64,000 bases of DNA, from contig NIVC01002808.1 in NCBI GenBank assembly GCA_002269645.1, positions 1 through 64,000 of the forward strand, read 5' to 3'. The DNA comes from Macrostomum lignano (Eukaryota). Both the position numbers and the translations under genes were made by a program. A model generated the notes under the pieces. It was given only the letters and a program-made list of their open reading frames with translations, did not search any database and had not been told where the DNA came from. This document shows, in pieces, positions 40,020 to 54,539 of the stretch (position 1 is its first letter; each line of letters opens with the position of its first letter).

Positions 40020-43000
40020 TAGTCATGCAGGAATCACCCGCTAGTTATCCAGGAATCACCCGCTAGTTATCCAGGAATCACACGCTAGTTATTCTGGAAT
40101 CACCCACTAGGCATCCAGGAATCACCCGCTAGTCATCCAGGAATCACCCGCTAGTTATCCAGGAATCACCCGCTAGTTATCCAGGAATCACACGCTAGTT
40201 ATTCTGGAATCACCCACTAGGCATCCAGGAATCACCCGCTAGTCATCCAGGAATCACCCGCTAGTTATCCAGGAATCACACGCTAGTTATTCTGGAATCA
40301 CCCACTAGGCATCCAGGAATCACCCGCTAGTCATCCAGGAATCACCCGCTAGTTATCCAGGAATCACCCGCTAGTTATCCAGGAATCACCCGCTAGTTAT
40401 CCAGGAATCACACGCTAGTTATTCTGGAATCACCCACTAGGCATCCAGGAATCACCCGCTAGTCATCCAGGAATCACCCGCTAGTTATCCAGGAATCACC
40501 CGCTAGTTATCCAGGAATCACACGCTAGTTATTCTGGAATCACCCACTAGGCATCCAGGAATCACCCGCTAGTCATCCAGGAATCACACGCTAGTTATGC
40601 AGGAATCACCCGCTAGTTATCTAGGAATCACCCGCTAGTCATGCAGGAATCGCCCGCTAGTTATCCCAGAATCACCCGCTAGTTATCCAGGAATCGCCCG
40701 CTAGTTATCCCAGAATCGCCTCAGAGTCGCAGTGGTGTCCTCAGGGCGCTGTCTCAAAAAACCGCAACTGGCGCAGCTTCCACCGTTGCCAATGTAAATA
40801 ATAACCAGTGCCAGGCTATAGAGAAATAAGAAGCCCCAATGCAAAGGGACTGAGAACTGGCGGGATTGTAGCTATTGCAAGGATTGATTCCGCTCGGATT
40901 GCAAATTTCAGTGAAGAGTCCCAATTGTCCCCCTATTGTTCAGGAGATGTCTAGCATGCATGCATTTAGCTCAGCTATTTAGTTTGTGCAGTGTATAACA
41001 GTTCGGTGAGCAAAGCCTATGCTAACAGCCAATTATTTATTGGCTAGCCCTAGCAACCAGGCCACTGAGACCCGGGAAGCTTAGGTTAGCCCATAGACTA
41101 TGGCGAATTCCTAAAAAAAACGTTACAAACCTCTGCCCTAACCTTCAATTTCATGACTTCTGATGACTTTTTAAGCTTTCTGATTGCAAGTCATTTACTT
41201 ACGTCGTGTCATCCAAAAATTTTTGCACACTTGAGGCATTCGGGCATGTTATTCTGAGAGATGAGGAAATGTGGAGTTTAGGGGATATTTTGCATTCTTG
41301 CATTTGCATTCTAAGGGAAGTGCCATTTTCGATTCTAGGAGTGCCATTTTCTATTCTAGGAGTGCCATTTTCTATTCTAGGAGTGTCATTTTCTATTCTA
41401 GGAGTGCCATTTTCTATTCTAGGAGTGCCATTTTCTATTCTAGGAGTGCCGATTTGTGTTCTAGGAGTGCCGATTTGTGTTCTAGGAGTGCCGATTTGTG
41501 TTCTAGGAGTGCCGATTTGTGTTCTAGGAGTGCCGATTTGTGTTCTAGGAGTGCCGATTTGTGTTCTAGGAGTGCCATTTTGTATTCTAGGAGTGCCAAT
41601 TTGTGTTCTAGGAGTGTCAATTTGTATTCTAGGAGTGCCAATTTGTGTTCTAGGAGTGCCATTTTGTATTCTAGGAGTGCCAATTTGTGTTCTAGGAGTG
41701 TCATTTTGTATTCTAGGAGTGCCAATTTGTGTTCTAGGAGTGTCATTTTGTATTCTAAGAGTGCCAATTTGTGTTCTAGGAGTGCCAATTTGTGTTCTAG
41801 GAGTGCCAATTTGTATTCTAGGAGTGCCAATTTGTGTTCTAGGAGTGTCATTTTGTATTCTAGGAGTGCCATTTTGTATTCTAGGAGTGCCAATTTGTGT
41901 TCTAGGAGTGCCAATTTGTATTCTAGGAGTGCCAATTTGTGTTCTAGGAGTGTCATTTTGTATTCTAGGAGTGTCATTTTGTATTCTAGGAAGAGTGCCA
42001 TTTTTTTAGGAGTGCTATTTTCCATTCTAGGAGTGCCATTTTGCATTATAGGAGTGCCATTTTGTATTCTAAGAGTTCCCGTTTTGTTCTCAAAAAGTCG
42101 GTTTTTTTAAATAAAGTTTTATTTTATATTTATTTTGAGCAATTCTGTGCCATTTTGATGCAAAAACTGTGTCACTGACCAGTTTGTATCAAAGCCCAAA
42201 ATATCGGGAAATTTAAATTTCAAACCCGAGAGTGAAGAAATTAATTACTGCTTCCAGGGAAGAAAATCAATTAAGATTCAGAGGATGAGCTGCTTCTGTT
42301 GCTTTGGTAGGGCCAGAAAGAGAAGAAGACTAAAATTGCTTTTTTTTCTCCCAGCCAAACCCCCGCCCACTCCTAAAAGATAAGTTTTTTACAAGCAGCT
42401 GCTACTCTGGCTCCGCCCACCTAATTAAGCCCGTGCAAATTCATTAAAACATCGGTGCACCCAGCCCCACCCCATGCGGGCAAATAATCTAACACAAAAT
42501 CATTGTTGCATTGTGCCTGCTTCTCATGCCCGTGGGTTCACAAGTGAGCTGAGAACGGCTGCACTGGATGAAGCTGGCTGAGGTCAGCCTAGCGTCTCAG
42601 AATTACTATACCTAGATAGTATTGCATGAGAACAAAAGTGATGAAGCTGTTTCGAGCTGAGTGCATTATCAAGTGGCCTATAGCTTCATCTACTATGTTA
42701 GGAGATCTCGAAAATCTGCGTGAGAACGCTGCTCCCGGTGAAATAGGGGCCCAGCAAGATGGAGTGGTCAGACAGGCAGATAGGGTCCAAGTTGAAGAGA
42801 GTGGGTAAGTGGCTATTTTGATTGACAGGTTTGACACTGTCAGTCTTTCGGTACCTATGCAGTGCATTTCTATGCTGTACACGTGTCCAGCCACGCAGTA
42901 ATGCAATGCAGATTCTATTGAAGGTTTTGAAATTTCATTGATTACTGCTAGCTAACAATGGTCATTTTTCTCAGCTCATTTTAGTGTCAAATCTCTCCAA

Positions 43001-43550
43001 TCTGATTCTATCGTGGACTGGGAATAGTTATCCCAGAATCGCCCGCTGGTTATCCCAGAATCGCCCGCTAGTTATCCCAGAATCGCCCGCTGGTTATCCC
43101 AGAATCGCCCGCTAGTTATCCCAGAATCGCCCGCTAGTTATCCCAGAATCGCCCGCTAGTTATCCCAGAATCGCCCGCTAGTTATCCCAGAATCACCCGC
43201 TAGTTATCCAGGAATCGCCCGCTAGTCATGCAGGAATCACCCGCTAGTTATTCAAAAATCACCCGCTAGTTATCCCAGAATCACCCGCTATTTATCCCAG
43301 AATCACCCGCTAGTTATCCAGGAATCGCCCGCTAGTCATGCAGGAATCACCCGCTAGTTATTCAAGAATCACCCGCTAGTTATCCCAGAATCACCCGCTA
43401 GTTATCCCAGAATAGCCCGCTAGTTATCCCAGAATCACCCGCTAGTTATCCCAGAATCACCCGCTAGTTATCCCAGAATCACCCGCTAGTTATCCCAGAA
43501 TCACCCGCTAGTTATCCCAGAATCACCCGCTAGTTATCCCAGAATCACCC
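40020..43550. repeat. Two arrays of one 22-bp family CAG(G)AATCACCCGCTAGTTATC (40020-40720 and 43020-43550)
   Basis: Directly visible shared unit. Confidence 0.93.
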
Positions 43551-45300
43551 ACGAGCTTCAGTCCGATTTCGTGATCATCTGTGACGGTGACTGGCAGGCA
43601 GTTCAAGTGCACAATAACCCCCCCCCCCAACCTTAATTGATGCACCTTATCGAGAAGCCAAAAAACGCGCGTTGAAACCGCCAAGCATTGTAGAATGCGA
43701 GAGGAGAGGAGAGATGAAAGTAACAGAGGGAGCTGCGGTTCCCTCCCTCAAGGAGATAGGAAATCCCTGCTAGCTACACATGCCGAAACCTTCATCAGTG
43801 CTGGAGTGGGCTGCGGATAAACAGTGCAGTCCAAGTTCTGCGCCACCACCTTGCAAAAGCTGTCAGTCAAAGTTCTGTTGCGCAGACTGCACCCCATATA
43901 CAGCCTTATACATACATCACCGCTAAGTTCTTTGCGGAAAGGAGTTGATGGACAGGAAAGGTAAGAAAGTTATATCGGTCCGTGTCTGTATAATCGCATC
44001 TTGGTGGTTCGACCAATACTGCAATGCATTCCAGAATCCCAACTACTGAAACCCTTTTCCCACACGTGCGGGATCAAGATTGCACGGCCGGCCACTGACA
44101 CACTGTCTACTAGTTTCCATTGAGCTTCGGCCTAGCAACCAGATTTTAATGATCTGATGGCGCTGATTATGGGAGCAAAGTGGGTGGAAGCGGGGAAGGC
44201 CATGCGAAATTCTCCCACTAAATATGGCTGATTGATCAAGATCGGTGGCACTCCTTAATACTCTCACTCAGAACAACAAGAGCTTACAGTTTCCCACAAG
44301 TTCAGAAGCTCATGGACGGTCAATAAAATCCATTTATCTGCATGAATCTGTGCTCTATGTGATTGCATTCATTGCATTTTTGTGGTGTGCCACTTAGCGA
44401 TCAGAGAGTTCAGTATTCGTTAAGTGCCATTGGAGATCTGGGGAGTGCCATTGGAGATCTGGCGAGTGCCATTGGAGATCTGGAGAGTGCTATTGGTGAT
44501 CTGTGGAGTGCCATTGGAGATCTGGCGAGTGCCATTGGAGATCTGGCGAGTGCCATTGGAGATCTGGCGAGTGCCATTGGAGAACTGGCGAGTGCCATTG
44601 GAGATCTGAAGAGTGCCATTGGAGATCTGAGGAGTGCCATAGGAGATCTGGTGAGTGCCATTGGAGATCTGGAGAGTGCATTTGGAGATCTGAGGAGTGC
44701 CATTGGAGATCTGGAGAGTGCCATTGGAGATCTGAGGAGTGCCATTGGAGATCTGGCGAGTGCCATTGGCGATCTGGCGAGTGCCATTGGAGATCTGGCG
44801 AGTGCCATTGGAGAACTGGCGAGTGCCATTGGAGATCTGAAGAGTGCTATTGGTGATCTGTGGAGTGCCATTGGAGATCTGGCGAGTGCCATTGGCGATC
44901 TGGCGAGTGCCATTGGAGATCTGGCGAGTGCCATTGGAGAACTGGCGAGTGCCATTGGAGATCTGAAGAGTGCCATTGGAGATCTGAGGAGTGCCATAGG
45001 AGATCTGGTGAGTGCCATTGGAGATCTGGAGAGTGCTATTGGTGATCTGTGGAGTGCCATTGGAGATCTGGAGAGTGCATTTGGAGATCTGAGGAGTGCC
45101 ATTTGAGATCTGGAGAGTGCCATTGGAGATCTGAGGAGTGCCACTGGAGATCTGGAGAGTGCATTTGGAGATCTTGGTGTGCCATTGGAGATCTGGGGAG
45201 TTCCATTGGAGATCTGGGGAGTGCCATTGGAGATCTGGGGAGTGCCATTAGAGATCTGAGGAGTGCTATTGGTGATCTGTGGAGTTCTATCAGAGACATG
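41330..45300. repeat. Two related 21-bp arrays sharing the GAGTGCCATT core (41330-42070 and 44425-45300)
   Basis: Units TTCTAGGAGTGCCAATTTGTG and GAGTGCCATTGGAGATCTGGC. Confidence 0.9.
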
Positions 45301-45969
45301 GGGAGTAGCATAGGTGCAGCTCTGAGAAATTCTGTGCTAAAAGTACTCCAGGTAAAAACTTCTAGATCCCATTGAGAACTCTCGCAGACTAGAACCCATG
45401 GCCATTCAAGCTTGGCTCCCCGCAGCGCAGCTCCACGAGCTCCCACTCGCCACTTTAGAGCACAATATATAGCAATTATATAGATATAAAAAAGCTAATT
45501 TTGAGTTTGTCTGTTCACCTTCACCTACTTATCAAATCTATAATATTGTTCGCAAATTATTTGGATGAATTGTCTGTATAATAACACAATAAATTAATAT
45601 AGCCAATCTGAATGAGACTGGGGTTGAGTGACAAATCCCACTGGGAAATTAGCAATTGCTTGCTTGAGTCGCATCCGGCAATTCAGAATTGTTAAAACAC
45701 CCGGTCAGCGGGCGGTACCCAGCATGCAACCCAATTGGCCAAGAAAATCTTGGGCCTAAATGCATGTGAATGAAGACCCACACAGACACAGATTGGTAAA
45801 TCCCAATGCTTTATGGGCGACCCCCTGCGGATGTTGCAACAACTGTTCCTTGCCATTTTTTGAGAAAAAAGTCAAGCACACAAAGCAGGCAGAAAGAGGG
45901 TTGCTTCACGCATGACAATCGAAGTTTGTTATAAATATAGCTTTGTTGCAACCTCGTATGTGAACTGTG

Positions 45970-46560
45970 TGATATACAGAATGACTGTAAATAAGCTACA
46001 GTGTGATACAGAATGGCTGTAACTGATCTACATTGTGATACAGAATGACTGTAACTACAGTGTGATACAGAATGGCTGTAAGTGATCTACAGTGTGATAC
46101 AGAATGGCTGTAACTGATCTACAGTGTGATACAGAATGGCTGTAAGTGATCTACAGTGTGATACAGAATGGCTGTAACAGATCTACAGTGTGATTCAGAA
46201 TGACTGTAACTAATCTACAGTGTGATACAGAATGACTGTAACTGATCTACATTGTGATACAGAATGGCTGTAAGTGATCTACAGAGTGATACAGAATGGC
46301 TGTAAGTGATCTACAGTGTGATACAGAATGACTGTAACTAATCTACAGTGTGATACAGAATGACTGTAACTGATCTACATTGTGATACAGAATGGCTGTA
46401 AGTGATCTACAGTGTGATACAGAATGGCTGTAACTGATCTACAGTATGATACAGAATGGCTGTAACTGATCTACAGTGTGATACAGAATGGCTGTAACTG
46501 ATCTACAGTGTGATACAGAATGGTTGTAACTGATCTACAGTGTGATACAGAATGGCTGTA
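45970..46560. repeat. 32-bp minisatellite CAGTGTGATACAGAATGGCTGTAACTGATCTA
   Basis: Directly visible, upstream of Zic. Confidence 0.95.
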
Positions 46561-47207
46561 ACTTAAATACAGCAAAATACAGAATGGTTTAAAAAGTAAT
46601 TAAACGGAATAGCATTACAGCATTGCTCGAACAGCACTTCCTTAACAAGCCAGCGCAGACCTCGGTCCCTAATTTGCGCAATAACTCGCAGTCAAGCTTA
46701 TTAAACATTATTGGCCAGTATTAATGGCCATAGACTAAATTGCCCGAAGCTCCAGTTCTGCCCCTCGCAATTTTCGCTAAGGGGGGTCTCCAAACCGCGG
46801 TCCATTAGCCCAGCGAACTGCTCCGGTCCCTCGGCTCCGCCCTCCCGAACCCCCGCTGCGACTGGCCCAGCTGGCCGGCCAATCCGAGCCGGTCCCGGTG
46901 CCCGCCCACCCCAACCTCCGCGCCAGCCTCCGCCACCTCCAAAGCCCCGGCTCTCCCCGGCGCGGCACCCCGCAGGTTAAAAGACCGACCCCCCGGCGGA
47001 GGCCACCCGCCAGGCGCTCCCGCTCAGTCGGTCTTCTGCAAGCAGAAATCAGGCAAAAGTCTATTATAACCAACCTCGCCTACCCAGCCGCCTAGGCAGA
47101 GTCTCCCTGCAGTGCAGCGGGATCCTTAATCCCCGGGCCAGCGGTCGCAAATCCCCCCCGTACAGCCACACCCCCTGCCGAGTTCTCCGCGGTGTAAAGC
47201 CGGCGGC

Positions 47208-50200
47208 ATGTTCAGCCCCTACCACCCGCACGCGGTGCAGCCGCAGGTCCCGTACCAGCAGCAGCACCAGCTGCAGCACCAGCACCAGCACCTGGTTGGC
47301 GGAGGCGACCTGACGGCGTACTCCAGCCCGGCTTCGGTCGGTGACCTCTTCCTGCGCCGACACCAGCAGTACGCCGCCGCCGCTGCCACAGCCGCCGTTG
47401 CTGCCGCCGATTTTCCCGTCTATGGCGAACTGTTCGGGCAGGCCCAGCAGCCTCATCACCAGCCTCAGCATCATCAACAGCAACAGCAACAGCAGCAACA
47501 ACAGCATCAGCAGCACCTACAGCAGCAGCAGCAGCAGCAGCAGCAACAAGCTCAAGCTGCCACTACTTCAGAGCAGCAACATCTCAATCAGCATCAGCAG
47601 CACCTACAGCAGCAGCAGCACCAGCAGCAGCAGCAGCACCAAGCCTCTCATGCCGGCTTTCCCCTGAGTGCAGATCTGCACTTGCAGCCTCCTTATTCGC
47701 CTCATCTGCAGCAGTCGCAGTCTCACCCTGCCCAGCAGCAGCCTCACCAGCAGCCTCATCATCAGCATCAGCATGCGTATCAGCAGGCCGCCGCGGCTGC
47801 CGGTCACTTGGCCAGCAGCTTCGGCCACTTCAACCATTTGAACATGTCGGCCTACGGGCCGGCCTTCTACCGGGCCTACCTGCAGCGCAGCGGCGGCGGC
47901 GGCGGCCTGCGAGACTATCGCTGCCTGTGGATCGAGCGGGACCAGCCGGAGCCAAGGAAACCTTGCAACCGCATGTTTGCCAGCGTGCACGACATTGTCA
48001 CGCACATCGCCGTGGATCACGTGGGCGGTGAGTCAACCATAGACTGCATATAGCCTGGGCATAATTCTTACTGATCTATAGGCCACCTTACTGATATATA
48101 GGCTTCCTCACTAATCTATAGGCTTCCTCGCTCATCTATGGGCTACCTTACTGATTTAAAGGCTTCCTTACTGGTCTATAAGCTTTTCTACTGATCTATA
48201 GGCTTCCCTACTGATCTATAGGCTTCCTTACTGGTCTATAAGCTTCCCTACTGATCTATAGGCTTCCCTACTGATCTATAGGCTTCCTTACTGATCTATA
48301 GGCTTCACTACTGATCTATAGGCTTCCATATTGATTTAGGCTTCCTTGCTGATCTATAGGCTTCCTTACTGATCTATAGGCTTCCTCACTAATCTATAGG
48401 CTTCCTCACTGATCTATAGGCTTCCTCACTGATCTATAGGCTAAATCTGTATTTATGCATCGTTTTGATAACGCCAGCCGCCTCCGCCCCGCACCTCAGC
48501 AGGACCCGAGCTGACCGATCACACCTGCTACTGGCAGGAGTGCGCCCGACACTTCAAGCCGTTCAAGGCAAAGTACAAGCTGGTGAACCACATCCGGGTG
48601 CACACAGGCGAGCGCCCGTTCCCCTGCCCGTTCCCCGGCTGCGGCAAAGTGTTCGCCAGATCGGAGAATCTCAAAATTCACAAGCGAACTCACACAGGTG
48701 AGCATCTGGAGATTTTTTGTCTTACACGAAACAGACTTCGGTCGCGCTGCGGGTGTCGCAGAGCAAAGAATTTTGAAAGAAAAATCCTACGGAGGCTTCA
48801 TTAGGCACAGCTGGGGGCGGGGCTGGCCCATAGACCATTAGGGCCCGTGCATCTGTCGGCCTGTTTTCCCACCTCGCATTAGAAGCTCTTCTCTGTTCCT
48901 TTCTCAAGAATTTTTTGTCCCTTAATGCTGTCCGAGAATTTGCGGACTCAACTGCCGCTAGCCGGCCGAAACGCCTGAATAAATGATGAGGCCGACAGAC
49001 AAAGGGAGAGCAGGCAGAGGCAGCGCATGCAAACGTGAGCCTGATGGGGCTGGTCCAGCTTCCTAACACCAGAAAGTTTGTCAAGTGACTCCTGCAGAGA
49101 GGAAGAGAGATGGAGAGTTTCTAATGAGCATCGCTTTTTTACAAATTGCAGTTTCTTTTGTCTTCCACTGTTTTTATGCAACACTTTCCTTTCCGCAGCT
49201 CTTCTATACACAACCTTGCTGAGTAATTCTCCCACTCTCCTCTTGCGCAGCTGTCAGGCCATTATCCTCTGGACAATAGAAGAAAGTGTGAAAAATGCGG
49301 AAGCCACGAGGGCACGCGCCTTTCTTGCGTCGGGTCGGGCCCATAGACAGGCACCCAGCGCTTCCATATAGTTGCCATGGCCTCCAATGCCCCCAGCTTA
49401 TATAAGAGGCTGAAAACTCTGTTGCCAACCTGTTGCTACTGTTCCTCTTTCCTCTGTCCCGTCATTCCTAACGCCTGACTTCCTGCAGCGGAAGCGTGAA
49501 ATTTTCATAGATTCTAAGAATTTAACAGCGGGGGCCTTCGGTACAGCAGGGCGGATCGCGCTTCACTGGGCTCTGCTGCGAAGCTCCTCTCGACCCGTTG
49601 AACATCTCTCGTGTCCTCGGGTTCGACTGGATTCAACATTTGAGCTTCCTAATCTCAATCCTCCCAGCTTCAATACCTCTCCCTCTGCCTTGTTCCTATC
49701 CGTACCTGTCCGTACCTGTCGAGCTTACGCATCTTTTCCCTCCCTTCATTCTCTACTCTCCTCTCTTCCTGTTTTCTCCCTGTGCCCCCTGATCTCTCAC
49801 CCATCTGCCTCTCACATCTTACCCTGTCATAGTCCCTCTCATTTTAACCTCTCAGCATCTCCCTTCCCGGTCGTCACTCCGCTCCCAGCATCTCCCTTCC
49901 CGGTCGTCACTCCGCTCTCAGCATCTCCCTCCCCGGTCGTCACTCCGCTCTCAGCATCTCCCTCCCCGGTCGTCACTCCGCTCTCAGCATCTCCCTCCCC
50001 GGTCGTCACTCCGCTCTCAGCATCTCCCTCCCCGGTCGTCACTCCGCTCTCAGCATCTCCCTCCCCGGTCGTCACTCCGCTCTCAGCATCTCCCTCCCCG
50101 GTCGTCACTCCGCTCTCAGCATCTCCCTCCCCGTCGTCACTCCGCTCTCAGTATCTCTCTGCTGTCCCGCCCGCAGGTGAGAAGCCGTTCAAGTGCGAAT

Positions 50201-50730
50201 ACGACGGCTGCGACCGCCGCTTCGCCAACAGCTCGGACCGCAAGAAGCACATGCACGTGCACATGAACGACAAGCCCTACTACTGCCGGGTGGGCGGGTG
50301 CGACAAGTCCTACACGCACCCCAGCTCGCTGCGCAAGCACATGCGGGTCCATTCGACCTCGCCCAGCGGCCGGTCTCTTGACGACGACAATGACGGAGCG
50401 GACGACAGCGTCAGATCGGACGAGTCGGACGGCACCGGCCGGACAGCCGGCGACGGCAAGGGCGGCTCCGGCCAGGTGAAGCCGCCGACGGCCCAGCAGC
50501 AGCAGCAGCGGCGCCGAGCTGCCACCGCAGCGGCCTCCGTCGCTGTCAAAGCCGAGAGGAAGCCGGCCGAGTGGACAAGTTACGTCGAAACGCCATCTAC
50601 TTCGCCGAACGAACCGTCGCCGACTCCGCCGTCGGTGTCCAGTGATTGGACGAGTCCCTACATGGCTATGATGCAGCAGCAGCCGCATCAGCAGCCGCAC
50701 TGCAAGCCAGTGCTGTTTCCGGCCTTCTAG
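47208..50730 (+). CDS. ZIC: Zic/odd-paired family C2H2 zinc-finger transcription factor (522 aa)
   Basis: Five C2H2 fingers with diagnostic Zic sequence: CLWI...[63 protein letters not shown]|[34 protein letters not shown]...[18 protein letters not shown]. Exons 47208-48027, 48503-48697, 50177-50730. The intron at HTG|EKP is the conserved bilaterian Zic intron. Confidence 0.96.
48060..48445. repeat. ~21-bp minisatellite CTGATCTATAGGCTTCCTTA, Zic intron 1
   Basis: Directly visible. Confidence 0.93.
49850..50150. repeat. 33-bp minisatellite CATCTCCCTCCCCGGTCGTCACTCCGCTCTCAG, ~9 copies, 3' end of Zic intron 2
   Basis: Directly visible; each unit ends in a pyrimidine run plus CAG. Confidence 0.95.
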
Positions 50731-51563
50731 GTCACCACGTGTTCAAACCCTGAATTCCAGTTCTGTACAGCTTAATGTACGCGGCTTGATCCACTATAAT
50801 GTCTGCATTTTTATCCGCACCAAGTTGACCTTAGCGCGCACAGTTCCGCAATGCTGTACATTCATAGCATGCAGCCAATTGACAAATACTTGCTGCCTTC
50901 ACAGCCCCTGTGCCAGACTTTGCTGTTAGTTCTATCTGTGTTTAGCTTGTAACCTTGTGAATTCCTCACCGCTGTAGCGGTGATTACTGTCCCCCTTGTT
51001 GCTACAGATATGAGAAATAGAGACAAGCAATCCTCAGCGGGGGTGACAAAATTCATTTTGTAAAAACATTTCCTATTTTTCCTTGTCTGCATTCCTAATT
51101 CGCCTGCTTCTGGCCGTTGTGTTGCTGCAGAATCTTCTTCAATCCAGCGATGTCGAGCCCCCCTACTGGCCAGCAACACAGCCGGGGGTCCGGGGGAGTC
51201 GCGGCAGCAGCGGCGGCTCTCCACGGGAGCTCGCAAGGATCTGGCTGGGACCGGCCGTGGGAGCCGCGGCCGGTTGCCTGAAATTGGAGGGGATTTTCGG
51301 GGCCTCGTTAGAGGGGATCAGCGGCTCCTGACAGATGCTTTCAGCGCAGCCATTCCTGCGCGAGTGGCAACGCAGAGGCGAGCTTGGGGAGGCTGGGATG
51401 GAGGAGCCAATTTGTGCAACTGACGCAGTTCATGGGGATCGTGTCAATCAAGCGGTGGGGCTGGGGAAGGCAGAGGGATTTCCGGGAAACGATGGGAACT
51501 GGGGGGAGACAAGTGCGCGAGAGGCTCATCAGCTGGCCGACATTACTGCCTTAATAAACTTGG

Positions 51564-53148
<1,585 letters not shown>

Positions 53149-53644
53149 CACTGCTTCAGTCCCTTATTTCGAGCTCCCGTCATTGAAAAACAAGCTGGGA
53201 CCAGCAGCAGCAGCAGCAACCCAATTAACGCGATAACCAAAGCAGAAAAAGCAACTGAAGCAAATTGAAGTGCCTTGCGAATTTTGGCCATTTTCGGCAC
53301 AGCCATAGGCAGCATATAAGCGATGTGAAGTGGCCACTTGAAAAGTCCGAATGCTTCATGACCCGCAGCTCTGAGCGGCGTGGTTAGGAAATGTTGAGCC
53401 TACTCGAATTAAGAGAAGGCAGCAGCGCCTCATTCTGGCTGGCAACTACCAGAAATTGCCGTTCACCACTGTTGCGGCTTTTTATTAATAAAAATCTGAA
53501 AACTGAAGCTTCTGTCATGCAGGTAAGGCTACTCCAGTTACGTAATCTACACGTGCGTCTGCCCGCTGTGGGGAGTGCCGCACTTATTTGTATTTGTTTA
53601 CCTGAGCAACTCTTCAGTTAATTGTTTAGCTATCAGTTTGTGCG

Positions 53645-54075
53645 TCTAAATACTCACCAGTGTGTCTGAATACGAGCTTCTCACCTGTGTGTCTATATAC
53701 ACTCACCTGTGTGTCTATATACACTCACCTGTGTGTCTGAATACGAGCTTCTCACCTGTGTGTCTATATACACTCACCTGTGTGTCTATATACACTCACC
53801 TGTGTGTCTATATACACTCACATGTGTGTCTGAATACGAGCTTCTCACCTGTGTGTCTGAATACGAGCTTCTCACCTGTGTGTCTATATACACTCACCTG
53901 TGTGTCTATATACACTCACCTGTGTGTCTGAATACGAGCTTCTCACCTGTGTGTCTATATATACTCACCTGTGTGTCTAAATACTCACCTGGGTGTCTGA
54001 ATACTCACCTGTGTGTCTGAATACTCACCTGTGTGTCTGAATACTCACCTGTGTGTCTAAATACTCACCTGTGTG
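53645..54075. repeat. ~22-26-bp array containing (A)CTCACCTG (CAGGTGAG(T) on the - strand)
   Basis: Directly visible. Confidence 0.93.
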
Positions 54076-54539
54076 TCCAAAATGCATACTCTTCAGCCCA
54101 AACTTACTCGAGACTTAGCGCGGCAGAGCCCTGAGCTGCTGATCGGCAGCAATCTCTTGCAGTCCGTGACTGACAGGTCCCGGATGCGGGGCTGGCGGGC
54201 CCAAACAGCAGCTGCTTCGTCGTCAACTGTGACAACATCATCTTTGCCGGCTCCATTCCTGCAGCGCACCAACAAGTTTGGCTAAACAGCCCCCCATGTT
54301 TATGCTTTCCCCGCCTTGTCCGCCTCATCTGTGTATTCAATCTTGGTCAGCAGTGCCCAAAACCGGACCTCAGCATCGGGAACTAATCATAATCTGTTTC
54401 AGTTCACCAAAACTGCTAAAGAAAATCAATGCCAAAAATGTTTTGCTGAATTTCTTCCGGCTCTGTCTGCAGCTGCTAGCCACCTGAGTCACCGCCTCAG
54501 CTGCATGCATCTCTCATCTACACTCAGTATCGACTTCTC

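Noticed and set aside
43750-43960. Minus-strand YKAVYGVQSAQQNF resembling a Gypsy RT motif
   Set aside because: Single weak motif; no YxDD or other RT blocks recognisable.
41206-45446. Heptad or coiled-coil-like ORFs (LLEHKLA, SAIGDL), antifreeze-like appearance
   Set aside because: Generated by 21-bp minisatellites; no splice or start context and open in multiple frames.
40020-46560. CRISPR-like appearance of 21-32 bp repeats
   Set aside because: Units are head-to-tail with no unique spacers, there are no cas genes, and the context is eukaryotic.
51131-51331. Plus-strand alternative last exon of Zic or a signal-peptide ORF
   Set aside because: No strong matching donor in Zic exon 3, and the ORF starts at TTG. 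The minus-strand interpretation has better splice signals.
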